63,528 nucleotides of DNA, filler included, from Vannella sp. (GCA_023345925.1; 7 parts of 7 records of this genome joined end to end with filler, not necessarily neighbours in it); one strand, 5' to 3'. Shown: positions 34,501-46,550, numbered from the whole stretch's first letter. Notes: generated by a model from the letters alone, not told the origin. Numbers and translations: made by a program.

Positions 34501-34567
34501 CGTTGGGAAGAGCGCCATTCATGATTGCTACCATCGTCACGAAAAGGAGAGTCCTGGACAACCTCAT
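31504..34567 (-). CDS. LRR gene B: signal peptide, LRRNT, nine 69-nt LRR exons, Cys cap, Ser/Thr stalk, GPS motif; TM deleted (predicted secreted, or pseudogene)
   Basis: Exon 1 34293-34567. 69-nt exons 34179-34247, 34059-34127, 33936-34004, 33818-33886, 33702-33770, 33587-33655, 33467-33535, 33344-33412, 33225-33293. Last exon 31504-33163 is in frame with ORF 31504-32868 and contains LCGETDHLTSFALLL. Confidence 0.88.
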
Positions 34568-34771
34568 GCAACACGTTGAAAGAAGTAGTAGTTAAAAAAT
34601 CTACAGCGCAAACACACCTAGCGCTCGCGGACGGTTCTCGGAATGCTCCGCGAGCGCAAAAGAGCCTTTTTAGGAATCCGAAATAGGAAAGTCCGGACAG
34701 TTCCAGGAACGCTCCGGGAACTAGAGTAGGCCTTCCTCAGCTTGATTCCTCATCAATGGCTGATCAATTCC
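34568..34771. promoter_or_regulatory. 204-bp bidirectional promoter of the LRR B/C pair
   Basis: Divergent ATGs. Dyads CGGACGGTTCTCGGAATGCTCCG (34628-34650) and CGGACAGTTCCAGGAACGCTCCG (34694-34716). Confidence 0.75.
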
Positions 34772-37700
34772 ATGCGGTGGCAGTCTCTTCTCACGTTATC
34801 CTTTGTTTACGTATCAGTTTGCCTTCTACCTCTTGAAGAGACCAACTCTTTGCTGTCTCTTTACAACAGCACCGGTGGGGCTTTCTGGAGTAACTCTGTC
34901 CAAAAGTGGAACTCAAGCACCGATCCTTGTGGGGCATCCTGGTATGGAGTAAAGTGTGATGTTGCCAATAGCAGTGTTACTTCTCTCCAATTGCCCAACA
35001 ACAATTTGACTGGATCTCTTCCTGATTTGCAACTTCCAGGGCTCATTAAGTTGTAAGAATCTTCACCTCCCAAAACGTAATTGTTGAGAACCTTTAGGTA
35101 CTTGCACGACAACAAGATTTCTGGCCCTTTACCAGAATGGTCCAATCTCAGCAGTCTAAGTATTATGTAAGGAGAAGTCTTCACCAAAGATTGGCCTATG
35201 TATTGATTGACCTTCAGGCACTTGCATAACAACAAACTGTCTGGAACTCTCCCAGAATGGCCAACTCTGAGAAATCTAACCCAAATGTTTGTAGTTTCCT
35301 TCCTCCCAAGAAGGTTGAAGTTTTATTGATTGGATTGATCTGGATGACAGGTACCTATTTCGCAACATGATCACTGGTCCTCTTCCTCAATGGCTTTACT
35401 TGGATGCTCTCGACGAAATGTAAGCTGTCCCCTTTCCCAAAGTAGTAACTGAAAAACCGTAGGTTCTTGAGTGGCAATCAGATTAATGGAACTCTTCCAG
35501 AATGGAGCAACCTGGCCAATTTATACGAAATGTGAGTTCTTTCTTTGAAGGAAATCGGAGATATACTTACAAGTTCTCACAGGGACTTGGACTCCTGTGG
35601 GATCATTGGTACTCTCCCAGAGTGGACCAATCTAACGAACTTGAGATACATGTGAGTCATTAGAGATGGGAATGACAATGTTTGACTAGAATGACAGGAA
35701 ATTGAGGTTCAATCAAATTACAGGATCGCTCCCAAGATGGAACGGTTTGAATCTTTCTATTGACTTGTGAGGCAAATTGAGGTAAAACCACAATGACATG
35801 AAACTCATTCATCGGAACAGGAGATTAGAAGGCAACCACATCAATGGTTCACTTCCAGACTGGCCCAATCTTACGCGACTGAGTCTGTTGTAAGTTCCAT
35901 TTCTCTCCTCGAATTCTTATTTTTCAATGAGCTCAATCATGCAACAGGAATTTGAGATCAAACAACATCACTGGTACCCTTCCAGAGTGGGGGGCTCTGG
36001 AGAAAATGAGTCAATTGTGAGACGTTTCGTAAACTGTGAGTCAAACATGCTCACCAGACAACTACAGAATCTTGAGCAAAAACTCTCTCTCTGGCACTCT
36101 TCCTGATTGGTCAAATATGACAAAGTTGGCGTTCTTGTAAGTTACTCTCCCATACAGAATGCGGAAGTCCTTTGATGGTAGCCCACTCACCTCATTGTAG
36201 ATTTATTCAAGACAATTCGATCACTGGTACGCTGCCAAGGTGGCCAACTCTCAAGTCCCTGTTAATTGCTGAGGTTGGGGGAACTAACAATCTTTGCGGA
36301 GAATTGCCGGACCCTCGACCTCGCAATTACTCGGTGGATCTTTCAAATCAGATTTTTAACTGTTCTGTTCTTCCTCCTGGCTACATTTCCACTTTTGGTA
36401 CCTGCAATGCCACTTCTGGTGTCTGTGGATTTGGGTCGCCCTCCTCCAGCCCAAGTGGAACAATCACTCCCTCTCCCAGTGTTTCATCGTCCGGAAGTCT
36501 CTCGTCTAGCATTAGTTCGAGTCACACAAGTTCATCATCTCCTTCGCCAACTGAAAGTCTCTCATCCAGCATAAGTTCGAGTGGAACAAGTTCATTGTCT
36601 CCTTCGCCAACTGAAAGTCTCTCATCCAGCATTAGTTCGACTGGAACAAGTTCATCATCTCCTTCGCCAACTGGAAGTCTCTCATCCAGCATAAGTTCGA
36701 GTGGAACAAGTTCATTGTCTCCTTCGTCAACTGAAAGTCTCTCATCCAGCATAAGTTCGACTGGAACAAGTTCATCGTCTCCTTCGTCAACTGAAAGTCT
36801 CTCATCCAGCATTAGTTCGAGTGGAACAAGTTCATCGTCTCCTTCGTCAACTGAAAGTCTCTCATCCAGCATTAGTTCGACTGGAACAAGTGATTTTTCA
36901 TCATCCCTCTCAATTGGAAGTTTCTCATTAACAATGACAGCGAGTCAATTTCCATTATCTTCAATCACCAGAATCCAATCTGCAGGTAGTGGCCCTGAGT
37001 CTATTCAGATAAGCGAATCTGTTTCCCGAGGAATTGACAGCACCAATCTTGAAACCTCAGTTGTGCCAGCCAGTGTTTCCGTTTCTGCAGGTGGTACTCC
37101 CTTTGAGCCTCCCTTTCCAGGTAGACTTAATGTTTCCTGGGAGGTTTCGCATCTGTCTTCTCAGGAAATGGTCCTTCTGTCTGGCCATCCTGGAGTGGGA
37201 CTTCTTGGTTGTCTTGTTGTACCCTCTGACTGGGCGAAACCGGAGAACGCAATATTGACTACTTTCTACTCTGGCTGGAGCAAACCAAGAGAGTCTTACA
37301 ATCACCAAACGCTGGTCAGTGCGGTGATGAATATCACTCTTGGAAGGGATGGCAAAGACAAATCCATCTCCCAATTGCTCTCTCCGTTGACCATCTGCTT
37401 GGCCCTTTCCAACGACACCAAGAAAAACGAGAAGGTATGCCTGAGTTACTATGACCCAAGCAGCGACAAATGGAAGTGTGAAGACAAGTGCCTCACCACC
37501 GTCAACTCCAAAGGTGCAGATCATGTAGATTGGCAGAATCTGCTGTGCGGTGAAACGGATCATCTCACCAGCTTTGCTCTTCTCTTGTTGGGCAAGGAGG
37601 AAGAAGATCAAGATCTTTGTCAGACTAGCCGAAGTGATACCCTTGCGTGGATATCAATGGGAATGGTTGCGGGCGCGATTCTGGCTGTTGCTCTTGGGGT

Positions 37701-37791
37701 GATGGTCATTGAAGCGCACATCCGCTGGAAGCATTATCGATTCAATCAGTTCATCGAACGGACTCTGGCAGGACATAAAGACTATCTTTAA
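34772..37791 (+). CDS. LRR gene C: signal peptide, LRRNT, nine 69-nt LRR exons, Cys cap, Ser/Thr stalk, GPS (GAIN) motif, single TM, short cytosolic tail
   Basis: Exon 1 34772-35052. 69-nt exons start at 35098, 35218, 35351, 35463, 35583, 35698, 35821, 35948, 36068. Last exon 36201-37791 encodes CLSYYDP..KWKCEDKCL..LCGETDHLTSFALLL and TM LAWISMGMVAGAILAVALGVMVI. Confidence 0.92.
36493..36891 (+). repeat. 60-bp coding minisatellite (20-aa unit ESLSSSISSSGTSSSSPSPT), about 6.5 copies
   Basis: Consecutive 60-nt lines 36541-36900 are nearly identical. Confidence 0.97.
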
Positions 37792-37877
37792 AGTCAGTCC
37801 ACTGAATGAGAATTGATGATAACAAGCTGGACTAAATCCTGTGTGTTAGTGACCCGCGACTAAAGGGAGTGAAGCAT

Positions 37878-38157
37878 TCATTGTTTTGTGAGAAGGAGCT
37901 GGGCCAAAAGTCCTTCGTGTTCGAGCCATTGTCTCAAGGGCCCATCGCGCAGCACCCCTTCCACTGTTTCAAGTTTTTGCTCCACAATCCTGAGAATGGT
38001 CGCCTGCTGTGTTTCCCCGAACAGGATAGCGCGGTCGTTGGGGTTGCTCAAAGAGAAAAGAGGAGTCCCAGTACCCATCCCATCCGGAGGTCCAAAGGGA
38101 TTAATCTCAATCACAAACACTCGAGAAAGAGAAGGATCCACTGCCAAGTCGAGAACG
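37878..38157 (-). CDS. 3' fragment of a Cdc123/R2K-family ATP-grasp protein
   Basis: VFVIEINPFG..GTGTPLFS...D..IL....LRIV resembles the Cdc123-family C-terminal IExNPF..LF motif. Cut by contig end. Confidence 0.65.
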
Positions 38158-38257
38158 NNNNNNNNNNNNNNNNNNNNNNNNNNNNNNNNNNNNNNNNNNN
38201 NTTAATTAATTAANNNNNNNNNNNNNNNNNNNNNNNNNNNNNNNNNNNNNNNNNNNN
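38158..38257. other. Artificial contig spacer
   Basis: N44 + TTAATTAATTAA + N44. Confidence 0.99.
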
Positions 38258-38658
38258 CCAGCTTCGCATGAGTATGTATTGTATATAGTATGTATTGTAT
38301 TTGACACCTACTGGGCTGTCCTCCTTCGCAAATTGAACTAAACCAATCACCCCCTTCAGATCCACCTCCAAGGTGCCCTGATAGCATGAGAGCCATCCAC
38401 TCTTCCAGAAAGCGACAACAAAGCGTTTCCCCAGAAGGCAGAACTTCAGAACGGTGAGGAGTGTTGTCCGTCTTCCGACTCCTCCTTGTCTCGAGGCCTC
38501 TTTGATTCACTTCAATGACCTAGAACGTGGCCTCTGAACTAGTCAGGGACGGAGCAATGCCTTGGCGGACGGTTTAGTGGGGCCGTGAACTCTTTCCTTC
38601 CCCTTCGCTCGCGGATTTTCTCAATGTTTCGGTCATTTTGGTTTATTGGAAGTCGGGA

Positions 38659-40115
38659 TTACAGAGAGATAATGTGCCGGAGGCAGCGGAGAATGTGGTG
38701 AGTGCGAGGGTCGTCCCAGGGGGAAAGGGTCTCCATGCGGGTAGTTGGATATGCAACAGCCACATCACTTACAGGATCCAGGAGCATAAATGAGCCCCCC
38801 ATTCCCGCCCATCCATAGAACCCATTGAATGGCCCAAAATCCTCGTGAAACCTGGCCAATCCGCCGTCTGTGTAGATAACATTAGCATGAATGGCAATGT
38901 CATAGTCTGCCTTGGTATCATGCTGGAAGAACCTCTTCCTTGTTACATTACAAAGAAGAGGATCTTCTTGCTCTCCCATCCGCAGAACATCATTCATAAT
39001 GGCTGCCATGGACCTCGCATTGCTCATCCCATTGGATGAAGGGGATTCTACCCACCGGGCATAGTCTGTAGCATGGAGCTCTGGCATTGCAAAGATACGG
39101 GCGCCCTTAATAGTCTCTCCTGAGCGCACCAGAGGGCTGGACAGGATAGAACCAGAAAGAACATCCTCCCACAAAAAGCGAGATATGTTGTGCGGAATAG
39201 AGGGGAGAGGATCACACCACCCTAACACGTCACCTACAATAAACCGAGCTAGAATACTCCAATCACTCTCAATCTCCAAGTAACGCTGTCAGAATGGATC
39301 TGGGAGAAGAGAGATTCCTCTTTCTCTCTCCCACCACTGTTCTTCAGGCCAATATGGAACTCTACTCCAGGCCAACGCGGTATCATTTCCTCTTGTAGCA
39401 GTTGGCCAATCGTACGGCCACGAGAATCCGCTCGACGGACGACCTCATTCAAAATGAGCCCACGTGTGATGCCGTGATAGGCTGTACGTGTCTCTTCTGC
39501 TCTCACATAGTTTGCCTTCGATCTTGCGATGATCTCTCCGATCTGTTGGGTGCTGTTAATGGCAGAGGGGTCGAAAAGGGGAAGCAGGTCGTCCGTATTC
39601 GGGTTCCCATCATCTGTATAAGAGAGTCCCGCACGATGACGCATCACATCCATAACAGTGATGTTCTCCTTCCCGTTCTGAGCGAACGAAGGCCAGTAAC
39701 TCGCTACTGTTCGGTCATAGTCGAGGACACCTTCCTCTACTAGACGCGCTATGACCAAGGAGGTGACAACCTTAGTGGAGGAGAAGACGTTTTGTAGAGT
39801 CGTACGATTGTATGGGCCCTCCTTTGATCCCCACCTGTTCTCCCCTACCAGTTCGAGAACCAGCTTCCCTCTTTGGTAGACTGCCAACTGCGCTCGGTCC
39901 TCCTGCAGGCTTTCAAAGTTGTCACTGAAGGCTTGAAAGACAGGTTCAAAGTGCGGTTCGCACACCCCCACCTCAATCGTACGTTTAGGGCAAAGAACAC
40001 CCAGAGATAGGCAACTGTAGTATGCCAGTGCGTTACCTGGACTCTTTGGATAGCTCATTCCATACACTAGAGCAAGCGTCAACACTACTCCTACAAAGGA
40101 GCCCAAATAAGCCAT
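38659..40115 (-). CDS. Beta-lactamase-related serine hydrolase (family VIII esterase-like) with N-terminal anchor; split over two frames near 39280-39300
   Basis: SxxK motif FSSTK, VASYWPSFAQNGKENITV..RHRAGL, AYHG, EFHIGL, PSSNG..NAR, GWAGMGGS. Confidence 0.8.
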
Positions 40116-40163
40116 CCAAAAGCAAACGCTCTGCGCACTTCCGAGGAAAAGTGGCTTTGGTAC

Positions 40164-40183
40164 CCCTAAACCCTAAACCCTAA
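40164..40183. repeat. Interstitial telomere-type repeat (CCCTAAA)x~3
   Basis: ccctaaaccctaaaccctaa lies between two divergent ATGs. Confidence 0.85.
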
Positions 40184-40302
40184 GGAGAGTAATCCCGTGC
40201 AAAACACAAACCTCATCAACTCCAAACTTGATGTGGTCAAAATAATAATTGAAGGAGTTGGGAAGGACAAAATGGAGCCAGTTTCTTTCGCATTGCTGTC
40301 TC

Positions 40303-43300
40303 ATGTCGGAGTCAAGCGAGGACGCGTGTCCCATCTGCACTGATCCCATGGACCTTGCGGATTTGAGCTTCAAACCCTGTTCTTGCGGCTACCAGGTTCG
40401 AGGGCTTTTGGTTGGGAAGGGTTCGGACTCATCCATGAGCAGATATGCAGCTTCTGCTTCAAACAGGTTATGGACATCAACGGCAAGTGCCCTGCTTGTC
40501 GGAAGCTCTACGATCCGGACCAGTTCAAGTTCACACCACCTGACGAACAAGAGTACGTTTCCCCCTTCTCCCCGCCCTCAACTTCCCTCACCACGGCCCC
40601 GCAGGATCGCACAGCAGATCAAGTCTAAAAGGAAGAAGGAAAGGAGCCAACGGAAGCCAGCAACTGCATCCCATACGTCATCTTCGTCCTTCGCGTCTTC
40701 TACAGACTCGAACCCGCCTCTCTTGCGAAGGAACCTGGGGAACGTCCGTGTCATCCAACGAAACCTCGTTTACATCACCAACCTATCCGTGAACATCGCC
40801 AAAGAAGAGGTACGCCCTGTCTCTTCCACTTCGCCCTTCCCCTCACCACTCCAGAAACAGATTCTTCGTCAATACGAGTACTTTGGGCAGTATGGGAAGA
40901 TAGAGAAGATCGTCATCAACAAGAACAACCTATACAGCATCAACTCGCCCCACGGACCAAGCGTATCCGCTTATATCACGTTCGAGAACAAAGGCGACGC
41001 GCACGCTTGCATCGCTGCTATTGACGGGTTCTGGATCGAGAACCGCGCTCTTCGGGCATCCTTTGGTACTACTAAGTACTGCACACAGTTCTTACGGTCG
41101 CAGACGTGCAACAACCCCGATTGCATGTATCTTCACGCTCTTGGGGACGAGTCGGACTCTTTCTCTAAGGAGGAGATCGCTTCTGGGTGCGCATTCCCAC
41201 TTGTGTGTGTTGATTCACTGACGTGGGTTATCTCTAGGCAAAACTCTGTGGACCCAACAACGGTTATCCCTGACCTCACGGAAGAGTAAGCCTTCCCCGC
41301 TTGTTTGGGGTGTTCTCAGAGTGTAACATGAGGTGGGGAACAGAGAAATAGATCATATTGAGAGCATAGCGAAGCGGACAGTGCTTCCACGACGGTACAC
41401 AGTGCCCAGCATCGTAAACAACCCGGCTGAAGAGGACCCCAACGCGTACTGTCAGGCGAGTTTGTCTGCATTAGCTCGAGCACGAGAGGCAGCTGTACGG
41501 GAAGACCAAGCAGTTCTCCGCTCAGCAAGAGACTTTAAGCCCAAGGCAGCCCCAACTGGCAGCGTCTGGAAGGCAGCCCCAACCACTACGAAGAGCACAT
41601 TGGTGGGAAAGGACAGCGAGACAGCATGGCCCTCTTTAGAGTCTGCTCCTGCAGTGCCCCGAGTACAGCGCCCAGTCAAGCCGAAGACGGTCGCCACCCC
41701 CGCTGCAGTCGATGAACCAGCAGAAGACGATATCTGGGGTGCTCCTCCAGGCCTCAGGTCTTCGCAACAGGTCACAGTTGCTCAGGCACACATTGATAAC
41801 TCGAACGACATCCAGGAGGATACAGCCAGCGACGATGACTCTCTTGACCCTTGGGGCATGAAGGGCAAGCCTCATATACCCGTCCCATCTCTCCTCTCGG
41901 ATCGCCCCCCTGGACTACGTGCATCCCAGGATGCACAGACTCAAGCACGTCTGAAGGCGAACATCATAGGAACTCGCGACCCCGCCGCAGGACCGCAGTG
42001 GTGGGCGGAAGCAGCAGCCAATACCACTGGGATCCCTGCCTCTGCGGATACTACCAAACAGCATGAGGAGAGCCTCGCTGAGAGGTCTGAGACCTCAATG
42101 GATCTGGACCCTTGGAAGATGACCTGGACTCTCCCAGCCACCGGTCCGTTGCGGACGATTCCAGCACATCTAACAGCACCTGCTAAGCCTGTGTCAATGA
42201 GCTTTGACTGGGCCACACCACCTGCCTCTTCAGGTAACTCTGGACATCGCGCCAACGACTGGGCGGCACCTCCTTTGGGTGACAGACTTCCTCCTGGGCT
42301 CGGAGTGAGTGCAATGAGTGGCCGGGAAGACAACGATAGTCACCAGTTCCTCCGTTCTGTCTTCCCAAATGCCAATGTGAGCTTCCGACCACCACCAGGT
42401 CCTTCTGGACAGCAAGTCAGTTGGGATCGACCATCTACTCAAGCCACCACTTCGTGGCAGTTCCAAGACACACCCATGTTCAGCAACGGGGCAAGTAACA
42501 CATCTGGAGGTCCATGGGGCAATTCAGTCTCAGGAGGCTTCCCCACTTCGGCGCCGCGCCAGCAGACATCTTCCACGGAAGCGTGGCAGAGCTACTTAAA
42601 TCGTGGTAAGCAGGATGAGGCCGATGCAGCCCCAACACAAAATCCAGTACGACCAGTTCAGCCTCAGTTTGCCCCTCCCTCGTCATATAGTCAGGAAGCT
42701 CTCTATCGCCAGCAACAGTTGCTCTTTGCACAGCAACAGCGGAATCTCAACACATCTGGAATGGCACCCGAAGGCGGTCTGCGAAGTGCTCAAACAGCTT
42801 CCAGTGTCTTCCCTCCAAATCAATCCAATTGGAATTCACAACCTCCCCAACATAGGCCAATGGGCTCCGTCGGACTCTTTACCCCAGCAAACAATGCCAG
42901 TCTCTTCGGGCGGGCTCATGATCCTCAAGGGCAGCAGACGATGGGGTTTCGTCTGGGCGGGCCAGTGACGGGGTCTCATTCAAACTACCCCACTCACCAG
43001 GGAAACGGGTATCCGCCGCCGCATCAACAGGGTAAGTGAGCTCGTAATGATCGGACTAGCACTGACCAAAAGAATCGTAATAGCACCATCCTTTTACCAG
43101 ATGGGCCGGACAATCCCGATGACCGGTGGCGAACCGGAACAGCCGATGGGAGGCTTTTAGAGGCCCCCCTAAGTTTTGCTCAAACCACACCTCCCCCACA
43201 CATTCCTTCCTCCTCCTCCACACACATTTCTCCTCCTTTGTCACCTCGTCCTCCCACAATTATTCCACTTCCGTCCCAATCCAGCAAAAAGAAAGGCAAA

Positions 43301-43753
43301 AAGAACCGCGGCGCTCGCGGAAAGTCTAGTCAGCCTGATGGTAGCTTTTCAATATCCGTTGGCACTTCAAGTTACAAGAAAGCCGATGTTATTACTCTTC
43401 CGCCACCTCCAGCTGCAGCACTGCCGAAGAGCCAGCGTAAAAAGATCAAAGTCCGTCCATCCAAGCCAAGCCCTAGTCCACCTGTCCCTCCACCACAAGA
43501 CATTGAGGTTACCATCGAAAGTCTCTTCGCCCCAATCGAGGATTCGTGCTTCTTTGACCTCACGCTACCTCTCAGCGAGCTCTTATTCGTAGCTACTGAG
43601 GAGAGAATGACTGCCGTGGAGGCTGGCCTTGCTCTGAGCTCCAAAGAGATCCTCCAGCTCGAGCGCGCCCTCTCTGAAGCCAATCGTGAAGTCTCTCTCT
43701 TTCAATCCCTTCTTGATGAATTGAACACCTCCTTGCCGTCTGGCCGTGTCTGA
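40303..43753 (+). CDS. CNOT4: CCR4-NOT subunit NOT4 (RING-RRM-CCCH E3 ligase), multi-exon
   Basis: CPICTDPMD..FKPCSCGYQ/ICSFC..GKCPACRK RING, LGNVRVIQRNLVY, EYFGQYGKI, RASFGTTKYC..FLR..CNNPDCMYLH. The 3' exon structure is less certain. Confidence 0.92.
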
Positions 43754-43830
43754 AGCCTCCCATGTATTCTTAAATTCCCTTTTTGCTGCTTTTCAGATGA
43801 ATTGAACAAGCGTTCTCATCTCTTGGATCA

Positions 43831-46453
43831 TCACAGACTGGCCAATCCATCGAACAGCTTCTTGACAACAGAGTCATTGATGATCTTCTTTTGTAGCCCA
43901 GTATTTGGTCGGTAACTGTATTTGAAGAATGAGTTAGTCACCGACTTGAAAGAGAGAAGAGGGAAAGGGACTTACCGCCCCAAGACGGCATGAAGGCGAT
44001 CCCCTGTGACTGAATCATATTTCTCTCTGAACTTTGGAACCGTAAGTAGAGAGTCCATCTTGGGCTCCAGTAGAAGATCCATTGTTTGTTTCGCTTCAGT
44101 CAGTCCTTCGATCATGGATTTCTCGAAGCCCTCTGCCTTGGCAAATTTAACCAAGTAGGTAATATCACTTTGAACGTTCGTCACAGCATAGCAGTTGAAC
44201 TCAGGGACCATTGTCATCGGATCAAGGAGACACTTTCCAATAAACGTGTGAAGGCGAATGAGGAGCCCATCACGAAGAGAGTTGCTAAGCGGCCTTAGCA
44301 TTTGGTAGATTGCTTCGAGATAAATGATAAAGTCTTGCACATGGGGGCTGGCTCCTTCTGATTGAGGCTTATCTGGAGTCCATTGAATATCATCGGTGAG
44401 GGAGAGGAACATGGAAACTTTGGTCTGACATATCTCCGCCAACTTGTTCTGGCATTGGGTCTGCACGTGCTTCAGCATGGCCACGGCAGCTTTTGAGCAG
44501 CGATGGGCAATGGTGTTTGAGAATTTCAATCCAGTTAAAGCAAACTCTAAATCGTTTCTGAGGTAGGTGATTAGCTTGGAAAGGTTCTGATAGACCTGGA
44601 CCAGCTGGGCAATGTTTGAATGTTGGAAACTCTCGTCAACTGTCAATTGAAAGGCGCCTCCGATGTGAACTAGAAGCTGGTCCATAGCTTGAGAGAGTTG
44701 CTCCTCCGGTTTCTTTGCATACCGAGAACTTCCATAAGCCTCAGAAGCAAAGGAGCGAATGAGATTGCAGATCAGCGGTACAGCCATTGAGAATGGAAAT
44801 TCCAGCTCTTTGCTCTTATCTTGCTCATTAGCATCCCTATAATGACCTTCTTCCTCCAGGCCATTCTCTGTTATCAACTCCCGGAACAGCTGGTTCGTGC
44901 GACTTATTCGCAAAGGCTCAAATTTCTCGTTGCCCAAAATATCATGAGTCTTTTGGTTTGCCTGCTCCAACGCACGATCGATACAGCGGTCGCAAACGAC
45001 CGATAGCATATCAACCCAAGGGGAGATGTCATAAGAGTACTGGTTCAAAGTGCTCGTAAATATCCAAGCCGTTTCCATCAGGTATACAAGATACCCAGAT
45101 GTTTGGTTTGTGAGGATTTCTCGGACAAGATTAGTCACTTTCGATGTTGCTGTTTTCCACAATTCATCCACAACCCTTCGCCGAAGGAAGTTGGTGGTTG
45201 TTCGATAAACTGTGTCCTCAATAATAAAGAACCCCGCGATATGACTGAAGAACCCTGCGAAGCTCTCCGCTGACTTTCCATCCACAAAGTCACTATTCAG
45301 TTGGAGGGCCATGTTGCATTGTAGCTAAGAACTGTTAACAAAGTCAATCTCAAACTGAGAGCTCACCAGTCTGTTCTCGTTGTAGTACTGCTGGAAGAAC
45401 CCACGAAGGGCTAAAACATCGTGAATGTGGAGACATTGGTGCACGGGTGTAAAGTCCACGGGAACATGGTCGAAGATCCCTTTCAGAATTCATGAGACTC
45501 ATAAATCTGAGATGGCAATAACTTACCTTCCTCTAAGTGCTGCGCATCCACCCCCCGGACAAAGAATTGATAACATTTTGAAGGATTTTCTCGGATTCCA
45601 GACATCTGTGATGCTCGCTGAGAGGATAAATGCTGAAGCACACTATCAGGAGGCTTCTGAGAAGCGATTTGCTACTAACCTGACTCAAAGCAGTCTGTGC
45701 AAGAGCAAATCGACCGACTTTTGGTGAGCAGTCGCGAACTGTGAAGAGCCATTCGTTGAATTTGTCAATAGCGTTCTGTCGAACGAGCATTTGGATAGCT
45801 GGAATCACTTCTCGAGCATAGAATTTGGCCCATTCAAAGCCATCTGCTCCTAAACTCATCTCTTCTAGCCTACTGGACTCCTGGAGCTCCTCTACTTGTC
45901 GTAGAGCGAGGATATGCATCTTCTTATCAAGAGATGTCTGTATCTGCGCGGTCTTGTGAAGGATAGCCACGCACTCCTCGATGCGGCTCCTCGCCAAGCG
46001 CATATTCTCACTAATGCGAAGAAGAGCAACGTGGCGACGACTTCGTTGGAGGAGTTCGTCACCAGTTGAGTGTAGCTCCTCTTCAAAGGTAACCAAATCG
46101 TTGTGGAGGACCGTAACATCCGATCGGAGCTCCAAAAGGTTGTCCATGCAGCCCACAAACTCTTCATAGTGCGAACTACAGATCTCCTGAAGCTCTTCTT
46201 GCTTCTCCTTCATAATAGCATCAAGCTTTGCAACCTAACAACCCGTATCAGCCCTAAACAACACCTCTAGAGCACTTGTCCCCACCATCTTCGCTTCCTG
46301 AGCCTTGTCCGAGCCAAAAGTCTCCTTAAAGACAGGTCCCAGCTGGTCGCTCTCTATCAAAGCATTCAAGAGCGTGCTATCCTCATCCAGGATGCCCTTC
46401 CCAGTCGAAAGGCGAACCGGAGGAGACACGGGCCTCGCCAACTCTTCGTCCAT
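43831..46453 (-). CDS. SEC15: Exocyst complex component Sec15 (multi-exon)
   Basis: DQLGPV, EICSSHYEEFV, FNEWLFTVR, VDFTPVHQCLHIH..FQQYYNENR, FFSHIAGFFIIED, VDELW. Terminal exon ends at TGA 43831. Confidence 0.9.
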
Positions 46454-46550
46454 GGCCTTCCCCTCCCGGAAGAGTCCCAAATGGTGAATCTCCGTTCTTA
46501 CTACAAGTAGAGTCGGTCTGGGGACGGGGAAATGCACTTTTTAAGCGGCC

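Noticed and set aside
37634..37731. TM loss in gene B as a retro-copied splice product (segment begins GT and ends AG)
   Set aside because: Splicing would remove 98 nt whereas 97 nt are missing, and gene B retains all its introns. A GAAG microhomology deletion fits exactly.
38659..40115. Antibiotic-resistance beta-lactamase or bacterial contamination
   Set aside because: Motifs fit the broad esterase-like serine hydrolase family common in eukaryotes, and the contig carries intron-containing NOT4 and SEC15.
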